Positions 38,990 to 48,923 of a stretch of 64,000 nt of DNA are shown here, piece after piece. Every line of letters begins with the position of its first letter. Position 1 is the stretch's first letter. Under the pieces are notes generated by a model. It did no database searches, had not been told where the DNA came from, and was given only the letters and a program-made list of their open reading frames with translations. A program made the translations under genes and the position numbers. This stretch comes from an uncultured Opitutia bacterium (GTDB lineage: Bacteria; Verrucomicrobiota; Verrucomicrobiia; Opitutales; Opitutaceae). Location: positions 2,071-66,070 of the forward strand of contig CAIQKQ010000043.1 in the NCBI GenBank assembly GCA_903872425.1. Reading direction: 5' to 3'.

Positions 38990-41035
38990 ATGAACCTCCC
39001 GCCCCGTCTTCTGCTCGCCGCTGCGCTCTTGGCCGGCACCAATTCCCTCACGGCCCAGACCCCGGCCGTCGCTGACCCCGTCGTGCCGCTCGCCAAGGTC
39101 GAGGTGCGCGAGCCACGCCTCTTGGACATGCCGGCCGTCGTTACGCGGCTTACGCTCGACACGTTGCCGCCCGCGCAGCCAGGGCTGGTGGGTTTCGCGG
39201 AGGAAACGGCTAATTTTTCCGTTGCCAGCGCGGGCGCCCGCTCGTTCGGCGACATCTTCGCGGTGCGGGGACTGACGAACACGCCCTTCTTTGGCGATCC
39301 TTCGGTCAGTGTTTATCTCGACAGTGTGCCCCTCGGTTCGGCGTTTACCTTTCCCGCGGAGCTCGCGGGCTTTGCGTCTGGCGCGCTGTTGCGCGGGCCG
39401 GGGCAGAATACGCGTTTCGGCCGCGCCGGTCCGGGCGGTGTGGTACAGCTCACCACACCCGCTGCCGTCGCAGCGGGCCAGCAGCAGAGCGAACTGCGCG
39501 CGGGCTACGGAAATTTCAACGCGCGCGACGTCGCCGCGACCACTAACGCCGCCACGGCTGACGGCCGGGCTGACGTGCTCGTGGCCGCCGGCTATGCCGC
39601 CCGCGACGGCTACGTCACCAACACCACGCTCAACACGGACCTGGACTCGCAGGAGAGCGCGTCCGCACTCGCGCGGCTGCGGTTCCGGCCGGCGACGAAC
39701 ACGGAACTGGTTCTGCTAGTAACCGGCCAGCGTGCCCGCGATGGCGAGCAGGCGCTCGTGCCGCTCGGCGGCCCGCTTTACACCGTGGCCCGCACGTCCG
39801 AGGGGCGGACGGATTTAGATGCTCTTAACGCCTCGCTCACGGCCGCGTGGGAGACCGCAACCGGCCGGATCAGCGCCACCACCGCGCACAGCGACTGGGA
39901 TCTTGGGCCGTATGTCAGCGTACAGGATTTCGGCCCGCCGGCCGGCGAGCTGACCAATAACGTCACGCTCCGCCAGCGGCTCTGGACGGAGGAAATCCGT
40001 TTCGCCGGCGACGAGCGGGCGGCGGCGGCGTGGTCGGGCGGGGCGCTGTTCTCCGATGGCCGCACCGACAGTACGGCGCAGCGCGCGTTTCTCGCGACTT
40101 TTGGGCCGATTGAAGACTCGGGTGCGCGGGTCAACCAGCAGGCGCTCGCAGCGTTTGGCGAAGTGAAACTGCGCGCGGGGACGGCGTTTACGCTTACGCC
40201 CGGTCTGCGCGTGGAGAGCAGCCGCAAGGACATCGCGCGGCTCGACAACTTTGTGCCGGCGGGAAATTTCAAGTTGAACAACAACTCCTCGGCGGTGCTA
40301 CCGAAGCTCGCTGCGACCTACACGCTGTCGCCGCAGACCACGCTCTTCGCCAGTGTCGGAGCTGGTTACAAGCCCGGCGGTTTCTCGGCGTTCACCAGCT
40401 CGGCCTCACTGGCGGCGTTCGGGCCGGAGCGCACCACGGCCTTCGAGGCCGGCGTCACGCGCACGAGCGCCGACGGCCGGCTCACTGGCACGTTGCGCGG
40501 TTTCTGGTATGACATCAAAGGCTACCAGATCGAGCGCTCGTTCAACGCAACTGACTACTTCGTCGCCAGCGCGCCGCAGGCCCGCTCGCGCGGGGCCGAG
40601 CTCGAGCTCGAGTGGCGGCCAGCGGCCGGCCTCACCATCGTCGGCGGCCTAGGTTGGACCGACGTGATTCTGCGCCGCTTCACCGCGCCGCTCGCGCCCT
40701 TCACGGTGTTCGACGGCAACCGCGCGCCCTATGTGCCAAACTACGATGCCAATCTGCGTGTCGAATACCGCGACCCGACCGGCTGGTTCGCCGGCGTGGA
40801 CGCGAGTGCGGTCGGCAAGGTGTTTTATGACGAAGGCGAGACAGCCGCGACCGCACAGCGCGCTCACGGACTGCTCGGCGCGCACCTCGGCTGGGAAAGC
40901 CGCCGCTGGCGCGTGAGCCTCTACGGGGAGAACCTGACTGCCGAACGCTACTACAGCTCCATTACGGCCGGGATCGGCCACGGCACGCCGGGAGCGCCAC
41001 GCACCTATGGCGTGCAGGCGTCGGTAAAATTTTAA
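38990..41035 (+). CDS. TonB-dependent outer-membrane receptor
   Basis: Signal peptide, plug-domain motifs (FAVRGLTNTPFFGDPSVSVYLDSVPL), a long beta-barrel and a terminal aromatic residue (...YGVQASVKF). Confidence 0.85.
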   Translation: MNLPPRLLLAAALLAGTNSLTAQTPAVADPVVPLAKVEVREPRLLDMPAVVTRLTLDTLPPAQPGLVGFAEETANFSVASAGARSFGDIFAVRGLTNTPFFGDPSVSVYLDSVPLGSAFTFPAELAGFASGALLRGPGQNTRFGRAGPGGVVQLTTPAAVAAGQQQSELRAGYGNFNARDVAATTNAATADGRADVLVAAGYAARDGYVTNTTLNTDLDSQESASALARLRFRPATNTELVLLVTGQRARDGEQALVPLGGPLYTVARTSEGRTDLDALNASLTAAWETATGRISATTAHSDWDLGPYVSVQDFGPPAGELTNNVTLRQRLWTEEIRFAGDERAAAAWSGGALFSDGRTDSTAQRAFLATFGPIEDSGARVNQQALAAFGEVKLRAGTAFTLTPGLRVESSRKDIARLDNFVPAGNFKLNNNSSAVLPKLAATYTLSPQTTLFASVGAGYKPGGFSAFTSSASLAAFGPERTTAFEAGVTRTSADGRLTGTLRGFWYDIKGYQIERSFNATDYFVASAPQARSRGAELELEWRPAAGLTIVGGLGWTDVILRRFTAPLAPFTVFDGNRAPYVPNYDANLRVEYRDPTGWFAGVDASAVGKVFYDEGETAATAQRAHGLLGAHLGWESRRWRVSLYGENLTAERYYSSITAGIGHGTPGAPRTYGVQASVKF

Positions 41036-41147
41036 GCGGGCGTAAGATTCCGTTGCCGGGTTTCCCTTCGGGTCAGACTTAGGCGGCGAACGATGAGCGC
41101 CGACAAGCCCTAACGCTAGGCGAGGTCCTGCGAAAAATGTTGGCGTC

Positions 41148-41627
41148 TTACCCCACTGCCACCACGCGATGTTCCACGGGCTTCGGCCGGCCAGGCAGCT
41201 GCAACCTCTCACCGACGCGGCGGCCGACGAGTTGTCGGCCTACCGGCGAAACGGCGGTGATCACCGTGATGGGGACACCGCGGAGGGTGACTTCAAGGCC
41301 GCCGTGCTGCGGACCGAGGAACCAGACCGTCTCTCGTCCGCGCGCCTCCAGCGTCACGACGGCCCCGACCGCGACTGCCTCGCCGGGCGCGAACGCGCGC
41401 GGTGACAGGTGGCGGTAGGCAGCAATAGCCCCGGCGATTTCGGTGGCGAGCTGAGACTGGCCGGCGGCGAGGTAAGCAGCGCTCTGGCTGCGCATGTCGT
41501 ATTTGTCCTCGGCGCGGTTATCCTCGTCGGTGGCTTCGTCATGCGAGGCGTGGGCAGCGGCGGTCTGGAGCGCGAGCTCGGCCTCGAGTTGGACGAGGAT
41601 GGCGTGCAGGAGAGCGGTTTTATCCAC
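41148..41627 (-). CDS. GreA/GreB-family (Rnk-like) transcription factor homologue
   Basis: 159 aa from a GTG start, with an N-terminal coiled coil and a C-terminal GreA-type domain (VSPVGRQLVGRRVGERL). Confidence 0.7.
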   Translation of the reverse strand: MDKTALLHAILVQLEAELALQTAAAHASHDEATDEDNRAEDKYDMRSQSAAYLAAGQSQLATEIAGAIAAYRHLSPRAFAPGEAVAVGAVVTLEARGRETVWFLGPQHGGLEVTLRGVPITVITAVSPVGRQLVGRRVGERLQLPGRPKPVEHRVVAVG

Positions 41628-41777
41628 AGGAGAAATGAAGGAAAATTCGCGCGCGAAAGCGAGCGAGCATAGCGCAGTGCGGAATAAAATGTCAGCAGGC
41701 TGCCGTGGTAACCGAAACGGAGATACGAGTGATCTGGTTTTCGGCCACGCTCGCTCGAAGTTCTGAGAGCCAAATTT

Positions 41778-42662
41778 TTATCCCAGACTTGCCTCAAATT
41801 TAATCGCGTCCTCCGGAGTGTCCACGCCGATGGAAGGGTCCTCGGTCACCCCGACCAGGATGTCATGGCCGTTTTCGAGGACGCGGAGTTGTTCAAGCTT
41901 TTCGATTTGCTCGTAGCGACCAGGCGGCAACGCCGAGAATTTTTCCAGCAGCTCGGCGTGATAAGCGTAAAGCCCGAGGTGTTTGAAACAAGGGTGGGCA
42001 CACACCCATGCGTCGTCCACCGCGCCGGCGCGGTCGCGGGCAAACGGGATCGGGGCGCGGGAGAAACATAAGGCGCGACCACCACGGCTAGGTGTTACCT
42101 GACCATAGACGGTTGGGGCAAAGGGTGAGCTCTCAGTCTGATTTTGGCGCAGGGCGGTTCTTGCTCCCGCCAACGATGGAATGGCGCCCGACGGAGCGGT
42201 CGGCGATATTTGGACGGGACGAAAGGGTGCAAAAACAACCTTCACCTGATTTGGATTGTGAAAATCCAATGCAGCACGGAAGGGCGTGGCGAGCGTCGCC
42301 ATCGGCGCGTCGCCAGCGATGAGTACGGCGAGGGCGCGGATCTGCGCGCCGGTCACAAGCGGTTCGTCGGCCTGTACATTGATGACGCGTGCAGCGCGCA
42401 CGGTGCGGTTGGCCTCGGCGAGCCGGTCAGTGCCGCTGGCGTGGCTCGGGTCGGTCATCAGCGTCTGGAAACCAGCGGCGCGCAGCGGCGTAGCGAGCAA
42501 CTCGTCGTCCACGGCGAACCACAGCGGCAGTTCCGGGGCCTCAGCACGGATGCGCTCGGCGACCCAGAGCAGGAGCGGCTTGCCGCGCACCCGATGCAGT
42601 AGCTTGCGCGGGAACCGGGTGGATTCGAGACGGCAAGGGACGATGATCGCGGTCGGCGGCAT
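41778..42662 (-). CDS. kdsB: 3-deoxy-manno-octulosonate cytidylyltransferase with a ~45-50-aa internal insertion
   Basis: [34 protein letters not shown] and EQLRVLENG motifs. Total 294 aa against the usual ~250. Confidence 0.85.
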   Translation of the reverse strand: MPPTAIIVPCRLESTRFPRKLLHRVRGKPLLLWVAERIRAEAPELPLWFAVDDELLATPLRAAGFQTLMTDPSHASGTDRLAEANRTVRAARVINVQADEPLVTGAQIRALAVLIAGDAPMATLATPFRAALDFHNPNQVKVVFAPFRPVQISPTAPSGAIPSLAGARTALRQNQTESSPFAPTVYGQVTPSRGGRALCFSRAPIPFARDRAGAVDDAWVCAHPCFKHLGLYAYHAELLEKFSALPPGRYEQIEKLEQLRVLENGHDILVGVTEDPSIGVDTPEDAIKFEASLG

Positions 42663-42730
42663 GACCTAGCAGGATGGAGGTAGGGTTTTTGGGTTGCAAG
42701 TCATCCGCGTCTGCCGACGCTCCAAGGCGG

Positions 42731-43033
42731 ATGACGCCCAAAACCGAGTCGCCCGCCGCCGGGCAGAAACATACGCGCGAGCTTACCGTGCAGAACGAGC
42801 TCGGAGTCCATGCGCGCCCGGCCGCGATGATCGTACGCATCACCAATAAGTTTAAGGCGGAGGTCTTTGTGGAGAAAGACGGTGAGCAGGTAAACGGCAA
42901 AAGCATCATGGGCCTCATGATGCTCGCCGCCGGCCGCAACTCGAAGGTCAAGTTCATCGCCACCGGGGTCGACGCGCAGCTCATGCTCGCCGAAATTGAG
43001 GCGTTGTTTGCGCGGAAATTCGACGAGATCTGA
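42731..43033 (+). CDS. HPr-family phosphocarrier protein
   Basis: GVHARPAA (His-15 region) and GKSIMGLMML (Ser-46 region). Start uncertain (42674 or 42731). Confidence 0.85.
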   Translation: MTPKTESPAAGQKHTRELTVQNELGVHARPAAMIVRITNKFKAEVFVEKDGEQVNGKSIMGLMMLAAGRNSKVKFIATGVDAQLMLAEIEALFARKFDEI

Positions 43034-43078
43034 GGGCGACGGTCTGCGTACCGCCACACTGCGCGGTCGGGGCAGCGG

Positions 43079-43852
43079 TTATTTTTTGCTGCCGCCGAAG
43101 AGGTCCTTGATGCCGCCGACTGCGTTTTTGGCCGCGTCAGCTGCGCCTTTGACTGCATCTTTGGCGCCATCCACTACGGCGGTGCCGGCTTTGACCACGA
43201 CATCTTTGCCGGCCGTGATGATACCGGCGGTGACCTTTTTCATTACCGCTCCCACGAGTTGGTCGGGGGTGATGCCGCCTTGGTCGGAGCCGAGGTTGTC
43301 CATGGAAATGTCAGGCATCGGCACGGTGACGGGCTTCATGCCGCCGACCCCGACGGAGACTTTGGCATTCGTGAGACGAAATTTCTTAACTTCAATTTTC
43401 ACAGGCTGGCCGCCCTTGGCTGCGGGAGTTTTGCTCCCGGAGCCGGCGAACTGTTCGATGTTGGCGAGAAGCTGCGAGACGTTGTTGGTGGTAACGTCAG
43501 GGAGCTTCGTCTCGTAGTCGAACTCGGGATCGTCAATGATCAGCTCATTGATGATGATGTGGTCGCCCATGATGGAGGACGGCACGACGCTGACATGGAT
43601 GCTTTTAAGAAAAAACGCCTTATCATTTTTCCAGCCGGACGGGTTGCCGACGTAGAGGCCGGTGAGCGTGCCGCTGCCGGAGAGGGGTGAGATGCTAGCT
43701 CCGGCCAGTTTCACGTCGGTTTGTGTGAGCTTGGGGCCGAAGCTATTGACGCCGGCGGTGACAATGCCACCGAGGGAAGACGAAATCACGACGACGGCGA
43801 CCAGACCGAGGACGAGCACGCCGACAAGTGACCAGAGAAGGATTTTTTTCAT
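43079..43852 (-). CDS. membrane-anchored hypothetical protein (AsmA/DUF748-like, weak)
   Basis: 257 aa with an N-terminal TM helix ([23 protein letters not shown]), a beta-rich body and a Lys/Ala/Gly-rich tail. Family assignment is tentative. Confidence 0.55.
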   Translation of the reverse strand: MKKILLWSLVGVLVLGLVAVVVISSSLGGIVTAGVNSFGPKLTQTDVKLAGASISPLSGSGTLTGLYVGNPSGWKNDKAFFLKSIHVSVVPSSIMGDHIIINELIIDDPEFDYETKLPDVTTNNVSQLLANIEQFAGSGSKTPAAKGGQPVKIEVKKFRLTNAKVSVGVGGMKPVTVPMPDISMDNLGSDQGGITPDQLVGAVMKKVTAGIITAGKDVVVKAGTAVVDGAKDAVKGAADAAKNAVGGIKDLFGGSKK

Positions 43853-44055
43853 GGAAAAATTGGTGTGGGAGGAGTGAAGAGCGGCCCGGCGTGGGAAGCA
43901 AGCCTGCGGAGGTCCGACCTGGGCTAACGGTACGAAGGCATTGGCGCGTCAGCACAAAGGGCGGTGCACGCCCTTCGGCCCGGTGTTGTTTCGGAATCGA
44001 ACTTTTCCACCGCTGCAGGCTTGCATGCCGCCGCGCGATTTTCAGCCTGAGCGCG

Positions 44056-45897
44056 ATGGCGACCAACTACACCGAAGCCAGTATCAAGACGCTCAGTTCG
44101 CTCGAACACATCCGCCTCCGCCCGGGCATGTATATCGGGCGGCTTGGCAATGGCACCCACGCGGAAGACGGCATTTACGTCCTGCTGAAGGAGACAATTG
44201 ATAACTCGATTGACGAGTTCATGATGGGTGCGGGCAAAAAAATCGAGGTCGAGCTCACCGAACGCTCCGTCAAGGTGCGCGACTACGGGCGCGGCATCCC
44301 GCTCGGCAAATTAGTCGACTGCGTATCTATTATTAACACCGGCGCAAAGTACGACAGCGAGACTTTCCAAAAAGCCGTCGGTCTCAACGGCGTCGGGCAG
44401 AAGGCCGTCAACGCGCTTTCGTTGGTGTATCGCGCGCAGGCCGTGCGTGAGGGCGAGACGAAGGTTGTTGAGTTCGCACAGGGCAAACTGAAGTCGCAGT
44501 CGCGTGTGACCAAGACCGACGAGCGCAATGGTACGAGCATCGAGTTCACACCGGACGAGGCGCTGTTTGGGAAGGATTTCCGGTTCCGCGCCGAGTTCAT
44601 TGAGGATATGCTCTGGAAATACGCCTTCCTGAACCGCGGCCTCACCCTCACGTTCAACGGGAAGCAATTTAAGTCAGAGCATGGGCTGAAGGATTTGCTC
44701 ACCAAGGAGCTCAGCGGCGAGCCGCTCTACCCGATTATCCATCTCGAAGGCGAGGACATCGAGGTCGCGCTCACGCACGGCGCGCATTACGGCGAGGAGT
44801 ATTTCTCTTTCGTCAACGGCCAGCACACGACGATGGGGGGTACGCATCTCGCGGCGTTTCGCGAGGCGCTCGTCGAGACCGTCCGCAACCATTTCAAAAA
44901 AGACTACGACGCCGCCGACGTGCGCCAATCCATTGATGCGGCCATCGCCGTCCGCGTGCAGGAGCCAGTGTTTGAGTCACAGACCAAGACGAAGCTCGGC
45001 TCGGCCGCCATCGCGCCGGAGGGGCCTTCGCTGAAGGAATTCGTCGGCAAATTTATCCAGCAGTCGCTCGACACCTATCTCCACAAAAACAAGGAGTCTG
45101 CCGACGCATTGCGCCAAAAAATCGAAGCGAGCGAACTGGAGCGCAAAGAGCTCGCGGGCATTCGCGGCCTCGCTCGCGAGCGCGCGAAAAAGGCTTCGCT
45201 CCACAACCGCAAGCTGCGCGACTGCCGCCTTCACCTAGGCGACCGGAACAACCGCGCCGAGGAGAGCACGTTGTTCATTGTCGAGGGCGACAGCGCCGCC
45301 GGTTCGCTCACCGCCACGCGCGATGTGCAGACGCAGGCCGTCTTTGCCCTCAAAGGCAAACCGCTCAACACCTATGGCCTTTCGAAAAAAGTCATCTACG
45401 AGAACGAGGAGTTTCATCTGCTCCAGTCCGCACTGAATATCGAGGAAGGCCTCGACGGGCTGCGCTATAACAAGATTGTCCTCGCAACTGACGCCGACGT
45501 GGACGGCATGCACATCCGGTTACTGCTGCTCTCGTTCTTCCTGCAATTTTTCCCCGACCTCATCCGCAACAATCACCTCTTCATCCTCGACACGCCGCTC
45601 TTCCGCGTACGCAACAAAAAGGAGACGCGCTACTGCTACAGTGAGACGGAGAAACAGGCGGCCGTCGCCGCGCTTGGCGCGACGCATGAGATCACGCGCT
45701 TCAAAGGCCTCGGTGAAATCTCGGCCGGCGAGTTTAAAGACTTCATTGGCGAGAACATCCGGCTTGAGCCGGTGACGATGAACCATCTGGCGAGCAGTGA
45801 CGAGCTACTGAGTTTTTTTATGGGCAAGAACACTCCCGAGCGGCAGGACTTCATTATCGGCAATCTCCGCGTCGAACAAGACCTCGTGGCCGAGTAA
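44056..45897 (+). CDS. parE: type IIA topoisomerase subunit B (ParE/GyrB family, short topo IV type)
   Basis: 613 aa from [28 protein letters not shown], with GHKL ATPase and [18 protein letters not shown]. The upstream 76 codons were rejected. Confidence 0.9.
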   Translation: MATNYTEASIKTLSSLEHIRLRPGMYIGRLGNGTHAEDGIYVLLKETIDNSIDEFMMGAGKKIEVELTERSVKVRDYGRGIPLGKLVDCVSIINTGAKYDSETFQKAVGLNGVGQKAVNALSLVYRAQAVREGETKVVEFAQGKLKSQSRVTKTDERNGTSIEFTPDEALFGKDFRFRAEFIEDMLWKYAFLNRGLTLTFNGKQFKSEHGLKDLLTKELSGEPLYPIIHLEGEDIEVALTHGAHYGEEYFSFVNGQHTTMGGTHLAAFREALVETVRNHFKKDYDAADVRQSIDAAIAVRVQEPVFESQTKTKLGSAAIAPEGPSLKEFVGKFIQQSLDTYLHKNKESADALRQKIEASELERKELAGIRGLARERAKKASLHNRKLRDCRLHLGDRNNRAEESTLFIVEGDSAAGSLTATRDVQTQAVFALKGKPLNTYGLSKKVIYENEEFHLLQSALNIEEGLDGLRYNKIVLATDADVDGMHIRLLLLSFFLQFFPDLIRNNHLFILDTPLFRVRNKKETRYCYSETEKQAAVAALGATHEITRFKGLGEISAGEFKDFIGENIRLEPVTMNHLASSDELLSFFMGKNTPERQDFIIGNLRVEQDLVAE

Positions 45898-45909
45898 AAT
45901 ATTCTTCCG

Positions 45910-48057
45910 ATGGCCAAACGCAAAACTTCCAAGGAGGCCCAGCCCGAGCTGCCTCTAAACAATGGAGCCGACGCGCCAATGGCCGCGGCCGCGTCTGCAG
46001 CATACGTACCCAACGCAGAGGTCAAAGCGGACCAGGCCGCGGTCCCGCCTCCACCTTCGCGTCAACTAGGCTGCAAAATCCACGACGATCCCGCCCCGCT
46101 CGCCAAGCATTACCGCAACTGGTTTCTCGACTACGCCAGTTACGTCATCCTCGACCGTGCCGTTCCTCACCTCGACGACGGCCTCAAGCCCGTCCAGCGC
46201 CGTGTCCTCCATACGCTCTGGGACATGGACGATGGCCGCTTCCACAAAGTAGCCAACGTCGTCGGCGCGACCATGAAGCTCCACCCGCACGGCGACGCCT
46301 CCATCGGCGCCGCGCTTGTCGCCATCGCCCAGCGGGGGTGGCTCATCGAGCCGCAAGGTAACTTCGGCAACATGCTCACCGGCGACGATGCCGCTGCGCC
46401 GCGCTACATTGAAGCTCGGCTCACGCCATTCGCGCGCGAGGTGCTTTTCAACCCGAAAACAACCGCCTGGCAGCTCAGCTACGATGGTCGCAACCGGGAG
46501 CCGATCACACTCCCTGCGAAATTCCCTATCGTCCTTCTCGAGGGCGCGGACGGAATCGCCGTCGGCCTCTCGACGAAAATTCTCCCGCATAATTTCAACG
46601 ATCTTTGCCGTGCCGCGATTAATCATCTCCAAGGAAAAACTTTCCGCATTTTCCCCGATTTTCCCACCGGCGGGACGGCCGATTTCGCCGACTACAACGA
46701 CGGCGAGCGCGGTGGGAAGGTAAAGATCCGCGCTAAGATTGAGGCGCGGGCCAAACACCTCCTCGCTATCACCGAATTGCCTTATGGCGTCACCACGGAA
46801 TCGCTGATCGAGTCCATCCTGGCCGCCAATGCGAAGGGCAAAATCAAAATTAGGCACGTGGACGACAACACCGCCGACGCCGTTGAAATTCTCGTCCACC
46901 TCCCGCCGGGCAGCGATCCTGCGCAAGTTATCCAACAGCTCTACGTCTTCACCGCCTGCCAGACCGCGCTCTCTCCCGCCGCCTGCGTTATCGTGCGCGA
47001 TGAGCAAACCGGTGACGACCGACCGCAATTCCTTGGCGTGCGCGAGCTGCTCAAACGCAGCGTGGATGCGACCAAGGCGCTACTCAAACGCGAGCTGGAA
47101 ATCAAACTCGCCGAATTGGAGCAGCAATGGCACTGGGACTCGCTGGAGCGTATTTTCATCGAAGAGCGCATCTACCGCCGCATCGAGAAATCGAAGACCT
47201 GGGAGAACGTCCTTGCCGAAATCCGTGAGGGGTTGCAGCCGTTTCTACCGCAGCTCCGCCGCGAGGTGACCGACGAGGATGTCGCGCGCCTCACCGAGAT
47301 CCGCATCAAGCGCATCTCCGCATTTAACCGTTTCCAAGCTGATGAGGCGATGAAGAAAATCGAGGAGGGCATGAAGGAGACGAAGGCGAACCTGAAGCGC
47401 CTTACTGATTACACCATTGCGTGGTTCGAGCAGTTGCAGGAAAAATACGGCAAGGGGCTCAAGCGCCGCACGACCTACGACGAGATCGAGCAGATCAGCG
47501 CCGCCGCCGTCGTCTCGGCCAACCAGCGCCTCTACGTCAACCGAGAGGACGGCTTCATCGGCCTCAATTGGCGGCAGCACGAATTCGTCACCGAGTGCAC
47601 CATTCTCGACAGCGTGCTCACGATCATGGGCGACGCCTCACTCAAGGTCTCTAAAGTCGCCGAAAAAACGTTCATGGGCCGCGACATCAAACACGTCGCC
47701 ATCTGGCCCGCAGCCGGCGACACAAAATTCTACACGATGATCTACCGCGACGGCCCCGAGGGGAAATCCTACGCCAAGAAATTTCAGATTGGCGGCCTTG
47801 CGCGCGACAAGCTTTACCCGCTGGCGAAAACGGAAGGCTCCAAGTTGGTCTGGCTGGAAATCAGCGACCGCGAGAAAGACATGCCGAAATACGTCCGTAT
47901 CTCCCTCGATGGCCGCAGCGGCGCACGGGTGCGCGAGTTCGACTTCGACCTCACAAGCATCCCGGTGAGCTCGCGCAGTGCCAAAGGCCTCACCGTCACG
48001 AAGTGGGCCATCAAAGAAGTGAAGCGCACCGACGTGACACTGCGCCAATCCGATTGA
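45910..48057 (+). CDS. parC: type IIA topoisomerase subunit A (ParC/GyrA family)
   Basis: DGLKPVQRRVL, HPHGDASI and the catalytic Tyr region AAPRYIEARL. Follows the B subunit by 12 bp. Confidence 0.9.
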   Translation: MAKRKTSKEAQPELPLNNGADAPMAAAASAAYVPNAEVKADQAAVPPPPSRQLGCKIHDDPAPLAKHYRNWFLDYASYVILDRAVPHLDDGLKPVQRRVLHTLWDMDDGRFHKVANVVGATMKLHPHGDASIGAALVAIAQRGWLIEPQGNFGNMLTGDDAAAPRYIEARLTPFAREVLFNPKTTAWQLSYDGRNREPITLPAKFPIVLLEGADGIAVGLSTKILPHNFNDLCRAAINHLQGKTFRIFPDFPTGGTADFADYNDGERGGKVKIRAKIEARAKHLLAITELPYGVTTESLIESILAANAKGKIKIRHVDDNTADAVEILVHLPPGSDPAQVIQQLYVFTACQTALSPAACVIVRDEQTGDDRPQFLGVRELLKRSVDATKALLKRELEIKLAELEQQWHWDSLERIFIEERIYRRIEKSKTWENVLAEIREGLQPFLPQLRREVTDEDVARLTEIRIKRISAFNRFQADEAMKKIEEGMKETKANLKRLTDYTIAWFEQLQEKYGKGLKRRTTYDEIEQISAAAVVSANQRLYVNREDGFIGLNWRQHEFVTECTILDSVLTIMGDASLKVSKVAEKTFMGRDIKHVAIWPAAGDTKFYTMIYRDGPEGKSYAKKFQIGGLARDKLYPLAKTEGSKLVWLEISDREKDMPKYVRISLDGRSGARVREFDFDLTSIPVSSRSAKGLTVTKWAIKEVKRTDVTLRQSD

Positions 48058-48131
48058 GGCATGCCGATGGACCGGGCGGTTCTGCGCGGCCGATGAGTAA
48101 TCTCCGTCAAGGGACGCTAGGCCCGACTCTG

Positions 48132-48737
48132 TTAGGCGCGGCGACTCGCCAGTGTCTGCGCGATGAAATCCAGCAGCTCCGTTCGGCCATGCTTGGTCTT
48201 GGCCGAAGTCGAGAATTGTTTGGGCGGCTCCCCGCTCCTCCGGGGTAGGTGCCGCATGAACTGGGCTTGGTTGTTTTGGGTCGCGGCGGCCGATTGCTTG
48301 TCGGTCTTGGTGAATACCAGCGCGAAAGGGGCGGGGCTGTTGGCGGCCAGCCACTCCACAAACTCCAAATCAATGGTCTGCGGCGAATGGCGCGAATCAA
48401 TCAGCACAAACACACCGGCGAGCGTCGGCCGTTGGGTGAGATAGTCCATGATGGCGCGCTGAAAATCTTCCCGGGTGGATTTGGCGGCGTGCGCATGTCC
48501 GTAGCCGGGCAGGTCCACTAGGCTCCAAGCGCCGTTGATGAGAAAAAAATTGATCAGCTTGGTCTTGCCCGGCGTGTTGGAGACCATGGCCAGCTGCCGT
48601 TGCTCCGTGAGCAAGTTGATAAGGGAGGACTTGCCGACGTTGGACCGGCCGATGAACGCAAACTCCGGCCGAAACACCGGCGGGCACGTGGCGAGGTCAG
48701 GGGCGCTCACTGTAAATACCGCCGATTTGATTTTCAT
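48132..48737 (-). CDS. engB: ribosome biogenesis GTPase YsxC/EngB
   Basis: G1 GRSNVGKSSLIN, G3 DLPGYG, G4 TKTDK. Confidence 0.9.
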   Translation of the reverse strand: MKIKSAVFTVSAPDLATCPPVFRPEFAFIGRSNVGKSSLINLLTEQRQLAMVSNTPGKTKLINFFLINGAWSLVDLPGYGHAHAAKSTREDFQRAIMDYLTQRPTLAGVFVLIDSRHSPQTIDLEFVEWLAANSPAPFALVFTKTDKQSAAATQNNQAQFMRHLPRRSGEPPKQFSTSAKTKHGRTELLDFIAQTLASRRA

Positions 48738-48923
48738 GAATTAGGCGGCGCGGAAGCGAGGATTCATCCGTATGCCTCACGGCGCCGGTAGATGGCATAA
48801 GCGTTAACCCCCAGAGTGTCGAGGGGGCAATTGGCGCGGCTAGCGCTGCGCTGCGCCAATCCCGGCACCGGCGGTTTTTACCGGCCGGGCGCGACCGGAT
48901 CGCCTGGGCGTGAGCACCGGGCT

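Noticed and set aside
43828-44055. 76-codon extension upstream of the topoisomerase B subunit
   Set aside because: GyrB/ParE homology starts at [28 protein letters not shown], and the extension overlaps the neighbouring gene's start region.
46066-47028. 320-aa minus-strand ORF; the same reasoning applies to 12299..13279, 19342..20019, 35504..36388 and 50894..51613
   Set aside because: All lie antisense to strongly supported genes (parC, valS, sppA, mutY, FGE) and show the Arg/Gly/Ala/Pro bias of spurious high-GC ORFs.
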